This document shows positions 12,811-24,575 of a stretch of 64,000 nucleotides of DNA, one piece after another; position 1 is the first letter of the stretch, and each line of letters begins with the position of its first letter. The position numbers and the translations under genes are program-made. Source of the DNA: Macrostomum lignano (taxonomy: Eukaryota); the NCBI GenBank assembly GCA_002269645.1, contig NIVC01003085.1, forward strand, positions 56,492 through 120,491, in the 5' to 3' direction. The notes below the pieces were generated by a model. It was not told the origin of the DNA, ran no database searches, and saw only the letters and a list, made by a program, of their open reading frames with translations.

Positions 12811-13410
12811 GGTGTTCCATTTGAGGTCGGCTATTGTGTGCACTCGTGAGGAAAGCTGTAGAAACAGAAACGAATCTCTCTAGCCCCAAACGAAAGGCCC
12901 CCAAAACTCTCAGGTATGGATAGGTGCGCACATGAATTTGAAAAGACAATTATAATTTCCAGGGCCACTGCTCCTGATAATTTTGAGGCTGAAACCACAG
13001 CACACCGCGTGTCTATTTAGCAGAGGGGTTTTCTGAAGTGGGGCTTCAACTACCCCCAGGGGGTCGACAGCACTGGTTTGGGGCTGCTCGGCTGCTCAAA
13101 GGGGGGTTGGTGACAGTTGGATTCGGAAAGATTTATGACATTTTTTATAAATATTTTTGTTGAAAACTTGCATAGCAACCGTGCGCGCGACCTGCCTATG
13201 CTTTTACTAATATTGAGTGGCAAGCATTTGGCGTGTTGCTAGACCCAGCCTATATTCGCGCAGGCCATGCAAAATGAGAAGGGGCGGGTGCAGCAAACTT
13301 GAAATGTTATTCGGGAGCATCTCAGTTTAAACGTAAACTTTTCTCGCCACTCGTATCCAGTTTGTTTAACACGCAACCGTGACGAGTGGGAAATTTGCAG
13401 CTCCAGATTT
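12811..13410 (+). repeat. Dispersed ~600-bp repeat, copy 1 (copy 2 at ~23348-23902, same orientation)
   Basis: Shared runs such as agccccaaacgaaaggc.cccaaaactctcagg, caggccatgcaaaatgagaagggg and gaaatgttattcgggagcatctcagttt. Confidence 0.8.
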
Positions 13411-13479
13411 AGGTTTACAATTTATTTCTGTTTCACTTTGACTTTACTAAGGAGCCTGTTAAAGTTCTTGATGAACTTT

Positions 13480-15722
13480 TAAAGAGGGGACAGCGGAGAG
13501 AGAGGGGAAAGCGAGGAGAGACAGAGAGGGGAAAGCGGAGAGAGACAGAGGGGAAAGCGGAGAGAGACAGAGGGGAAAGCGGGGAAAGACAGTGAGGGAG
13601 AGAGGGAAAGCGGGGAGAGACAGAGAGGGGAAAGCGGGGAGAGACAGAGGGGAAAGCGGGGAAAGACAAAGAGGGGAGAGAGGGGAAAGCGGAGTGAGAC
13701 AGAGGGGAAAGCGGGAAGAGACAGAGAGGGGAAAGCGGGGAGAGACAGTGGGGAAAGCAGGGAAAGACAGTGAGGGAGAGAGGGGAAAGCGGGGAGAGAC
13801 AGAGAGGGGAAAGCGGGGAGAGACAGAGAGGGGAAAGCGGGGAGAGACAGAGAGGGGAAAGCGAGTGAGACAGAGAGGAGAAAGCGGGGAAAGACAGAGA
13901 GGGGAAAGCGGGGAGAGACAGAGAGGGGAAAGCGGAGTGAGACAGAGAGGGGAAAGCGGGGAGAGACAGAGAGGGGAAAGCGGGGAAAGACAGAGAGGGG
14001 AAAGCGGGGAGAGACAGAGAGGAGAAAGCGGGGAAAGACAGAGAGGAGAAAGCGGGGAGAGACAGAGGGGAAATAGGGGAGAGACAGAGGGGAAAGCGGG
14101 GAGAGACAGAGATGGGAAAGAGGGGAGAGACAGAGAGAAAGCGGGGAGAGACAGAGAGGAAAGCGGGGAGAGACAGAGAAGAGAAAGCGGGGAAAGACAG
14201 AGAGGAAAGCGGGGAGAGACAGAGAAGAGAAAGCGGGGAAAGACAGAGAGGGGAAAGCGGGGAGAGACAGAGAGGGGAAAGCGGGGAGAGACAGAGAGGG
14301 GAAAGCGGGGAGAGACAGAGATGGGAAAGAGGGGAGAGACAGAGGAGAAAGCGGGGAGAGACAGAGAGGAAAGCGGGGAGAGACAGAGAAGAGAAAGCGG
14401 GGAAAGACAGAGAGGAAAGCGGGGAGAGACAGAGAAGAGAAAGCGGGGAAAGACAGAGAGGGGAAAGCGGGGAGAGACAGAGAGGGGAAAGCGGGGAGAG
14501 ACAGAGAGGGGAAAGCGGGGAGAGACAGAGAGGAGAAAGCGGGGAGAGACAGAGAGGGGAAAGCGGAGTGAGACAGAGAGGGGAAAGCGGGGAGAGACAG
14601 AGAGGAGAAAGCGGGGAAAGACAGAGAGGGGAAAGCGGGGAGAGACAGAGATGGGAAAGAGGGGAGAGACAGAGGAGAAAGCGGGGAGAGACAGAGATGG
14701 GAAAGAGGGGAGAGACAGAGGAGAAAGCGGGGAGAGACAGAGAGGAAAGCGGGGAGAGACAGAGAAGAGAAAGCGGGGAAAGACAGAGAGGAAAGCGGGG
14801 AGAGACAGAGAAGAGAAAGCGGGGAAAGACAGAGAGGGGAAAGCGGGGAGAGACAGAGAGGGGAAAGCGGGGAGAGACAGAGAGGGGAAAGCGGGAAGAG
14901 ACAGAGAGGGGAAAGCGGGGAGAGACAGAGAGGGGAAAGCGGAGTGAGACAGAGAGGGGAAAGCGGGAAGAGACAGAGGGGAAAGCGGGAAGAGACAGAG
15001 GGGAAAGCGGGAAGAGACAGAGAGGAAAGCGGGGAGAGACAGAGAGGGGAAAGCGGGAAGAGACAGAGAGGGGAAAGCGGGGAGAGACAGAGAGGGGAAA
15101 GCGGGAAGAGACAGAGAGGGGAAAGCGGGGAGAGACAGAGAGGGGAAAGCGGGAAGAGACAGAGAGGGGAAAGCGGGGAGAGACAGAGAGGGGAAAGCGG
15201 GGAGAGACAGAGGGGGAAAGCGGGGAGAGACAGAGAGGGGAAAGCGGAGTGAGACAGAGAGGGGAAAGCGGGAAGAGACAGAGGGGAAAGCGGGAAGAGA
15301 CAGATAGGGGAAAGCGGGAAGAGACAGAGGGGAAAGCGGAGTGAGACAAAGAGAGGGGAAAGCGGAGTGAGACAGAGAGGGGAAAGCGGGGAGAGACAGA
15401 GGGGAAAGCGGGAAGAGACAGATAGGGGAAAGCGGGAAGAGACAGAGGGGAAAGCGGGGAAAGACATAGAGGGGAAAGCGGAGTGAGACAGAGAGAGGGG
15501 AAAGCGGAGTGAGACAGAGAGGGGAAAGCGGGAAGAGACAGAGAGGGGAAAGCGGGAAGAGACAGAGAGGAAAGCGGGGAAAGACAAGACAGAGGGGAGA
15601 GAGGGGAAAGCGGAGTGAGACAGAGAGAGGGGAAAGCGGAGTGAGACAGAGAGGGGAAAGCGGGAAGAGACAGAGAGGGGAAAGCGGGGAGAGACAGAGA
15701 GAGGAAAGCGGGAGGGACAGAG
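13480..15722. repeat. Purine-rich ~22-24-bp minisatellite (GGGGAAAGCGGGGAGAGACAGAGA)
   Basis: 2.2 kb of tandem units; source of the long repetitive ORFs at 13433-16254. Confidence 0.95.
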
Positions 15723-16330
15723 AGTGCGCCAGCAGTTCTCCCTCAGCGAAGCGGGAATCACCAGCCGCGCGCAACCCATTCGCCAGGCACTTGCCTTCAT
15801 TCCAGACTGGGAGCTGCTCCTTGATCAGCCAGAACGGCTGACCTCCGGGTCCTGTAGAGATGCTTGGGCCAGTTCGCTTGGGCTCACGATCTGCAGTGCC
15901 CACATTAACAGGACGGCGTTCACCTGGAGCTCCACTGGGTCCTCCTCGCTGCTGTCGTTGTAGTAGAGTTTTGTGACTCAATGATGCTCTACAAGCAATT
16001 TTCTTCCCGGGTGGCTGCCCTCGCTGCCGAAAACTGTGGCGCTCAGCGTCGCCACGTTGGTCTTGCCACCAAACTGCTCCTTCAGCAGCTTCACGGTCCC
16101 GTCGAATCCCGGCGGGGTCTGTTCCCGACTCGAATTCTGTGGTGGCGCGATGCCTGCATCGCCAAGAGGATCCGCTATCCTTCAGCACCTCTTTCTCGTG
16201 TCTTGTCGCCGCCACAAAGGTACATGTTGTTGCCAAACTGGCTCTTCCAGTCATTCCACGGCCTCGTTGGCGGTCCCTGTTGTGGCAGGAATTGCTCTGG
16301 TGGCGAGATGTTGATCCGTGGCACCAACAA
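15723..16330 (-). mobile_element. Decayed, internally deleted Ty3/Gypsy relic (gag plus a pre-integrase fragment)
   Basis: Minus-strand frames give ISPPEQFLPQQGPPTRPWNDWKSQF and FDGTVKLLKEQFGGKTNV (gag-like, similar to the intact gag at 39502), then ELAQASLQDPEV and RLVIPASLR (typical of the region before the integrase zinc domain). Stops and frameshifts are present. Confidence 0.6.
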
Positions 16331-16808
16331 TGTGCCAGGAGCTATTCTATGCACTGTGTACTTTTTTGGCGCTTATTTAATTTGCAGTGGCGGCCTCCTC
16401 GGCTGGGCTGGCAACTCATATTCACTTAAAACTCAAAACCCCCACGTCTCCCCTGAAGAGTGAGTTTGGTCAATGAAATATACCCTGAAAAATACTGATT
16501 TCCCATGAATCTTTGACTTAACAGAAGTCCAAAAAAGCAATCGTTGAAATCCTATCGCATTGTCTGTATAGCGTACAGGTGTGCTAATTAGTACACAGAT
16601 GTTTTGTACCAGGTGGGTACTACAAGAAGGACTAGAAGCTTAGGGAAGAACATGGTGACTATCCTGCACCTATGAAAAGACTAAAACTAGATAGGATTTA
16701 TATTTCTCTTCTTTCTCAGTCACTTTTGGTTCATAAGTGCTCTTTTACCTGCCCATACCTGGCTAAAATCGCTGTACACCTGAAAATTGTGTTTCTGCTC
16801 ACAATATT

Positions 16809-18905
16809 GTGCTGAATAATTCACTCCAGGGCCATCGAGGATTTCTGGCTTCCAGTATCTGCAATTGTTGCAGAATCAAGCTGATGTCGCAAAACAGCCT
16901 TGCACCAACACCTCTGCCACCAAGAATGCTCTACGAGCAAGTTATTGCAGATCTGCGCGATCTTCCACCACTCACTCGCGAACGCCCCGAGTGCAACTGC
17001 TGGATGTGCCATGTGGGATCCAGCAGAGCCAACAAGAATGTGGCAGTGTATCACCGCTTCATGCCAGATAAGTCTACAGCAGGGATCATGACGCCACTTG
17101 GCTCCAAATAATGCAACTGGGCCGATGGGAAACAGTGTTGTCAACCGCTGTGAGACGTGCTCATCGCCAGTGGCGCGTGGATTGAGGCACGAGTGTGGAC
17201 AGGCGGCAAAGCTGCGCTATCTTGATGCCCTAAGCCCAAACTCAAGGGAGCACGTAGCCTGCGGTCTTCTGCGTGAGAAGCTGGGTGCAGCCACCTCTTC
17301 TGGCTCCTTAGCAACTGCAAGCTTGACTTCTGGCACAGGTGGACGCCCACTCCAAGTTCAAGTGGCTGGTACATCAACTACTGAGATTGCATCGCTGCAA
17401 CATAGCACAATGCGGGCCATGAAGACTGCACTGAACCTCAGCACCAGCCAGACGCTACGTGCGGCTCAGGTGATCAGAGAAACGTACAATGGCGTGAGAA
17501 AAGGTTGCGCAAGAGAGGGGGATGAGTCACTGCCACTGTCTCTTGGTGGGCGCCACTGTCTCTTGGTGGGCGCCACAGGAGTGAAAAAGATCCTCATCCT
17601 GCAGCCCTTGTTGAGGATGTCAGAGAATGCTACCAGAACGTTAGTGTACTAATGTCAACCATCGACATTACCTTCATCAACTTCACGTTAGCCTGCGATT
17701 TTAAACTCGCCAACATTATTAGCGGGATCCAGAGCCACTCTTCATCGCATCCCTGCCTGCACTGTGAGGGCAGGCCGCCATGGGAAGTGCCAGCACAAAG
17801 GCGGACGCTCGGCTCAATTCAACGCCTTGCAGGTGAGTTTCAGGCAGCTGGTGGACACCAGCCTCTAGCCAAAAAAACTTTGCCAACTGCGTCCAGCCCC
17901 CACTGCTACCTGGGAGCGACTCTGCTGAACTGCTAGACTTGGTACCACCGCCAGAGTTGCACATGATGCTTGGCATTGTAAACCGGCTGCTTGATGCTCT
18001 CAATGAAAGCTGGGGAGGCAATTGGCCTACGAGTGGGCCTATGAAGCAGGCATCTGCCGGCAGCAGTACCACGGAGGTTGCCTGGAGGGCCCAGCATGCA
18101 AGAAGCTCCTCCTGAAGACGGGTGAGCTGTGGAGCGTGCTGCCTGCACACCTGAAGCTCTACGCAACTGCACTTCATGACTTCAATGCTGTGCGCGAAGC
18201 TTGCTTTGGCCAAAGTCTGGCAGCTGACTTTAGTCTCCACATTGCTCGCTTCCAGACAACATGCAGGTACATGGAGCTTCCAGTGACGCCAAAGATGCAC
18301 GCGCTTTTTGACCATGTGCCAGCATTCTGCAGTAAGTTTGGCAAGGGACTTGGTAGCTTCAGTGAACAGCCTGTTGAATCAGCCCACAGTGACTTCGAAG
18401 CCACCTGGCAGCGCTATAAGCGCCCCTTAATCATCCTCAATATAGCACGTGTCTACTGCAAGCTATTGTCAACTACAATTCATTTCATATCTGAGCCAAC
18501 TGTGCCTTAATTTGTAACTTGCAACTTGCAAGTCACTACTACCCAAGATAACAACGAGTAAACTGTAGACAACTCACTGTCATAATTAAATTACCCGTTA
18601 AATAGGATATTTCACCAGTTGATTGGTTTTGTTAGTATTTTACTAGTTTTAACAAATATTCTAGTTATTTGACTCTAGTTATTCTACCTGTGTAGTCATT
18701 TGCAGCAAACAGTCCCAGTGAGCTCTGTTCATTTTTTGTCTTTTGCGATAACTAACTCCCTTCTGTAATAGTTACTGGCTTGGTTTTGATTTTCAGTGCC
18801 AGCCAATTGCTGCACTGCTCCAAAAACTTAAATAAATTGAAAAATTTTAAACCATTACAAGGAAAACCTAGCGTGCGGTGCCCAGATTGCGACGCCAATG
18901 CTGTG
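16809..18905 (+). mobile_element. Chapaev-type (CMC superfamily) DNA transposon relic with frameshifted transposase
   Basis: Fragments: CNCC...CNCWMC and CETCSSPVARGLRHEC (Zn-binding N-terminus), TGVKKILIL, ACDFKLANIISGIQSHSSSHPCLHCEG, PPELHMMLG, TPKMHALFDHVPAF...GLGSFSEQPVESAHSDF. There are at least 3 frameshifts. A candidate right terminus ends ...ATGCTGTG at 18905; no left TIR was found. Confidence 0.75.
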
Positions 18906-19077
18906 TTGAGACAGTCAGACTGACTGATTTGGGGTACATACGAACTTTAGCTTAAGTTGGCCTTAAGTTGTATTGTATATTTATACCCCAGCCAAATATG
19001 TTTGCAAACAGATGTTCTCGAAACATTTCTGTATTTATGTATGAGTACATCTACACAGCGGGCGGGAAAAGAAAGAA

Positions 19078-19212
19078 CGCCAGCACTAAGGGGCGCCAGC
19101 ACTAAGGGGCGCCAGCACCAAGGGGCGCCAGCACTAAGGGGCGCCAGCACTAAGGGGCGCCAGCACCAAGGGGCGCCAGCACCAAGGGGCGCCAGCACCA
19201 AGGGGCGCCACA
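19078..19212. repeat. 17-bp minisatellite (GGGGCGCCAGCACTAAG)
   Basis: Tandem units seen directly. Confidence 0.85.
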
Positions 19213-19324
19213 ATTGTTGCCAGCCAATTGTAAGGCCGCGGTCCCCCCTCGCCCCCCCCCCCATTTGGCTATGCCTCTGGTGCATGCATAGGTACGAGCG
19301 TAACTCAAATTAAGAACGGGGCTT

Positions 19325-20331
19325 GACCAACTGTAAACAGATTTAAGCAGTCTTCGTGAACTTAGCCCTAGACCAACTGTAAACAGATTTAAGAAATCTT
19401 CGTGAACTTAGCCCTAGACCAACTGTAAACAGATTTAAGAAATCTTCGTGAACTTAGCCCTAGACCAACTGTAAACAGATTTAAGAAATCTTCGTGAACT
19501 TAGCCCTAGACCAACTGTAAACAAATTTGAGAAATCTTCGTGAACTTAGCCCTAGACCAACTGTAAACAGATTTAAGAAATCTTCGTGAACTTAGCCCTA
19601 GACCAACTGTAAACAGATTTAAGAAATCTTCGTGAACTTAGCCCTAGACCAACTGTAAACAGATTTGAGAAATCTTCGTGAACTTAGCCCTAGACCAACT
19701 GTAAACAGATTTAAGCAGTCTTCGTGAACTTAGCCCTAGACCAACTGTAAACAGATTTGAGAAATCTTCGTGAACTTAGCCCTAGACCAACTGTAAACAG
19801 ATTTGAGAAATCTTCGTGAACTTAGCCCTAGACCAACTGTAAACAGATTTAAGAAATCTTCGTGAACTTATCCCTAGACCAACTGTAAACAGATTTGAGA
19901 AATCTTCGTGAACTTAGCCCTAGACCAACTGTAAACAGATTTAAGAAATCTTCGTGAACTTAGCCCTAGACCAACTGTAAACAGATTTGAGAAATCTTCG
20001 TGAACTTAGCCCTAGACCAACTGTAAACAGATTTGAGAAATCTTCGTGAACTTAGCCCTAGACCAACTGTAAACAGATTTAAGCAGTCTTCGTGAACTTA
20101 GCCCTAGACCAACTGTAAACAGATTTGAGAAATCTTCGTGAACTTAGCCCTAGACCAACTGTAAACAGATTTAAGCAGTCTTCGTGAACTTAGCCCTAGA
20201 CCAACTGTAAACAGATTTAAGCAGTCTTCGTGAACTTAGCCCTAGACCAACTGTAAACAGATTTAAGCAGTCTTCGTGAACTTAGCCCTAGACCAACTGT
20301 AAACAGATTTAAGAAATCTTCGTGAACTTAG
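19325..20331. repeat. 46-bp tandem satellite, ~22 copies
   Basis: GACCAACTGTAAACAGATTTAAGAAATCTTCGTGAACTTAGCCCTA head-to-tail with no spacers. Confidence 0.95.
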
Positions 20332-20729
20332 CGCCGCATCGTACCCAACTGTCTGGCTAAGCTGGCTTGAAATGTTTGTGCAGGGGGCGCACCCACATCA
20401 ACTAGAGCGAAATATTGCGAATAGCAGAAATGGGACAATGCCTGTCAACTTTAATGCCTCACCGGTGGCCGTAAACAAGCGTAGATTTTAAGCCTACACT
20501 TTGAACTGAAGCATCCAGCGCTGCGTGTTGGGTGAGGCGGAAATTACGAGTTATGCTTAGGAATGCCTTATTATCTTCTTCTCAATTCTTTCCTGAGAAG
20601 CTTTGTCATGGCAACAAAACCCTACATAAAACTGCCCTCATCCATGCAGTCTATAAGCTCAAAATACATTTTTAAATAGCTACAGAGCTTTTATAGGAAG
20701 AAAAGTACAAGCCCTTACCAAGAGCAACC

Positions 20730-21207
20730 ATGCGCTTCACTCTGCTTCTCCTGGTGCTCGGAGGTGAGTGGCGAAGTGACTTATTGACCTTAGCTTCTTA
20801 ATTTCTAATTCGCAATAATTCGCCCTTGCAGCCGTGACGCTCAGTGCCGATGCGATCCAGTGCTACACCTGCACAACATGCAGCGAGAAATTCTACACCA
20901 GTCAAAACTCTATTTCTAGCGGCTGCACCTACTGTGCAGTGAGTTAAAACTGTCAGACAGACAGTCTGACCAGCTCATAAGTCATTCTAGAATTCTGCAT
21001 GACTAATTGCAGAAATACAAGTACTACGGCACCACAACTGTGAACCGCGTGTGCGCCAGCCTCTGCATCGAGGGAAGGGACTCCGCTGGAAACTACATCT
21101 ATTGCTGCAGCAGGGACCGCTGCAACTCCGGTGAGCGCCTCCGCAGCCTCTCCTGGCTGCTGCTGCTGCCAGCTGCCGCCATGGCCGTCATCAGCTGCCG
21201 GCTGTGA
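20730..21207 (+). CDS. Ly6/uPAR GPI-anchored protein, paralog 3
   Basis: Exons 20730-20763, 20832-20938 and 21013-21207 give MRFTLLLLVLGAVTLSADAIQCYTCTTCSEKFYTSQNSISSGCTYCAKYKYYGTTTVNRVCASLCIEGRDSAGNYIYCCSRDRCNSGERLRSLSWLLLLPAAAMAVISCRL*. Intron positions are the same as in paralogs 1 and 2. Confidence 0.92.
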
Positions 21208-21644
21208 GCCACTGCTTAGCAACAGCAGAAGATCCTGATACGATGGGAACTCTAAAATTTACGCTAAACTTAAACAGCTGAACTCATATAAACGAATTGG
21301 CAGATCCTTCAGTATCAAGTTTTGTTTTTTAGTATAAACTCGATTGCCTGTACCTAACCTCCATATCAAAATATTCTCAAAATTCTCTGTTTACGTTTTT
21401 TCATTTTTTATTTATTTGGTTTAGATCAATGTTAGCAGCAGACTTGTTTGTCTAACTTCCTATTAAACCAAGATATTGATTTTTTAATTTGTAGTTTCTT
21501 CGGCTTTTAACAAATTCTTGGCAAGCCAGCACTGACCGCCAATTGGCAAAATAATTTTGCTAATTTTTAAAATGCTGATACAGGGGCTTTGTGGAAATTA
21601 TTCACTACACAAAAAGCAAAAAATCAACTTCCAAAGAAACAAAA

Positions 21645-23345
21645 TCAGACCTAAAACACGCCTATCCTGCAGACCTAAAACACCTATCCTGCAGACCTAA
21701 AACACGCCTATCCTGCAGACCTAAAACACGCCTATCCTGCAGACCTAAAACACCTATCCTGCAGACCTAAAACACGCCTATCCTGCAGACCTAAAACACC
21801 TATCCTGCAGACCTAAAACACGCCTATCCTGCAGACCTAAAACACCTATCCTGCAGACCTAAAACACGCCTATCCTGCAGACCTAAAACACCTATCCTGC
21901 AGACCTAAAACACCTATCCTGCAGACCTAAAACACCTATCCTGCAGACCTAAAACACGCCTATCCTGCAGACCTAAAACACCTATCCTGCAGACCTAAAA
22001 CACCTATCCTGCAGACCTAAAACACCTATCCTGCAGACCTAAAACACCTATCCTGCAGACCTAAAACACGCCTATCCTGCAGACCTAAAACGCGCCTATC
22101 CTGCAGACCTAAAACACGCCTATCCTGCAGACCTAAAACACCTATCCTGCAGACCTAAAACACCTATCCTGCAGACCTAAAACACCTATCCTGCAGACCT
22201 AAAACACCTATCCTGCAGACCTAAAACACGCCTATCCTGCAGACCTAAAACACGCCTATCCTGCAGACCTAAAACACGCCTATCCTGCAGACCTAAAACA
22301 CCTATCCTGCAGACCTAAAACACCTATCCTGCAGACCTAAAACACGCCTATCCAGCAGACCTAAAACACCTATCCTGCAGACCTAAAACACGCCTATCCT
22401 GCAGACCTAAACACCTATCCTGCAGACCTAAAACACCTATCCTACAGACCTAAAACACCTATCCTGCAGACCTAAAACACCTATCCTGCAGACCTAAAAC
22501 ACCTATCCTGCAGACCTAAAACACCTATCCTGCAGACCTAAAACACCTATCCTGCAGACCTAAAACACGCCTATCCTGCAGACCTAAAACACCTATCCTG
22601 CAGACCTAAAACACCTATCATGCAGACCTAAAACACCTATCCTGCAAACCTAAAACACCTATCCTGCAGACCTAAAACGCCTATCCTGCAGACCTAAAAC
22701 ACGCCTATCCTGCAGACCTAAAACACCTATCCTGCAGACCTAAAACACCTATCCTGCAGACCTAAAACACCTATCCTGCAGACCTAAAACACGCCTATCC
22801 TGCAGACCTAAAACACCTATCCTGCAGACCTAAAACACCTATCATGCAGACCTAAAACACCTATCCTGCAGACCTAAAACACCTATCCTGCAGACCTAAA
22901 ACACCTATCCTGCAGACCTAAAACACCTATCCTGCAGACCTAAAACACCTATCCTGCAGACCTAAAACACCTATCCTGCAGACCTAAAACACCTATCCTG
23001 CAGACCTAAAACACGCCTATCCTGCAGACATAAAACACGACTATCCTGCAGACCTAATACACGCCTATCCTGCAGACATAAAACACGCCTATCCTGCAGA
23101 CCTAAAACACCTATCCTGCAGACCTAATACACGCCTATCCTGCAGACATAAAACACGCCTATCCTGCAGACCTAAAACACCTATCCTGCAGACCTAAAAC
23201 ACCTATCCTGCAGACCTAAAACACCTATCCTGCAGACCTAATACCGACCTAAAACACACTCATCTTGCAGACCTAAAGCACACCTAATCCTGCAGACCTA
23301 AAACACCTATCCTGCAGACCTAAAACATCTATCCTGCAGAACTAA
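21645..23345. repeat. 21/23-bp minisatellite (CTATCCTGCAGACCTAAAACAC +/- GC)
   Basis: 1.7 kb of tandem units. Confidence 0.95.
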
Positions 23346-23347
23346 AG

Positions 23348-23902
23348 GTGTTTCATCTAAGGTCGCCTATTGTGTGCATTCGCGATGAATGCTTTTGAAA
23401 TAGAAACAACTCTCTATAGCCCCAAACGAAAGGCTCCCAAAACTCTCAGGCATGGATTCTGTGCGCACACGCATTCAAAAAGACAATTTCCAGGGCCACT
23501 GCTCCGGATAATTTTGGCGCTGAAACCACTGCACACGGCGTTGTTTACGGCGTATTGAGCAGGGCTTCAACTACCCCAGAGGTTCGACAGCACTGGTTTG
23601 GGGCTGCTCCACTGCTCAACAGGGGGTGGCTTAGGTTTGTTGGCAGCTGGATTCGGAAAGATTTATCATTTTTCTGTCGTTTTTTTTCTGCGACCTGCCT
23701 AAATGCCTTTACTAAGATTGTGCAGCGAGCATTTGGCGTGTTGCTAGACTAGTCTATATCACGGACTACTTAATTGTCGTACTTAAGTAGTCCGTGTTCT
23801 ATATGCGCGCAGGCCATGCAAAATGAGAAGGGGCCGGTGCAGCTAACTTGAAATGTTATTCGGGAGCATCTCAGTTTTACCGTAAACTTTTGCAGCTCCA
23901 GA
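23348..23902 (+). repeat. Dispersed repeat, copy 2 (see 12811-13410)
   Basis: Direct sequence similarity to copy 1. Confidence 0.8.
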
Positions 23903-23909
23903 TGTAAAT

Positions 23910-24575
23910 TTAGTAGAAGCAGAACACTTGAGAAGCCTAGGCATCTTTCTCGATGTGGAGGGAGCCTTTGACACGATGGTCCATAACTATATTAGTGTAG
24001 AATGTTCCAGGTAGACTTGCCAACAGCCATTACCAGGATCTGCTTTAACTACCTTGAGAACAGAAGTTTTCGATTCAAGGTTAACAACATCCTTAGTGAC
24101 TCGTTTCAAATTATGGCAGGCGTTCCCCAGGGAGGTATACTCATTACTCAGCCCCTTCTTATACCTGCTCTTCATCAGCACAATGCCCCAAACGGGTCAT
24201 CCAGACATCAAGAAGAGCCAATTTGCAGATGACATGGCCATCTGGGGATCTGTCAATTCCTTCGGAGAACTCCGAAATATAGTTCAACCCTACCTGAACA
24301 GCCTTTGGGCCTGGTGCGGAGAACAAGGCATCAAAATAAATGCTAGCAAAAGTCAAGCTATAGTCTTTTCCTATGCCCCAGCGAACCCGACTAGAAGGGA
24401 CATCAGGCCGGAACTAAAACTAGGAGACGCAACCCTAACCTACCAAAAAGAAGTGAAATTTCTGGGCATTAACCTTGACTATAGACTCACCCTGAAACCC
24501 CAGTGTAAGGCTGTAATCACCAAATGCAGAGCACTTATTATGTCAATCCATCGAATCTCCAAACTCACCAAACTC
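23910..24575 (+). mobile_element. Non-LTR retrotransposon (LINE) reverse transcriptase fragment, 5' part
   Basis: FLDVEGAFD, AGVPQG...LSPFLYLLFI, QFADDMAIW, INASKSQAIVF and KFLGINLD motifs across shifted frames. Confidence 0.85.

Noticed and set aside
13433-16254. Very long ORFs (638-931 aa) on both strands
   Set aside because: They are translations of a stop-free GA-rich minisatellite; the unique part is a decayed gypsy fragment read in the wrong frames.
19325-20331. CRISPR-like appearance of the regular 46-, 40- and 34-bp arrays (also 35038-35650 and 36760-39237)
   Set aside because: Units are head-to-tail with no unique spacers, there are no cas genes, and the context is eukaryotic. They are satellites.
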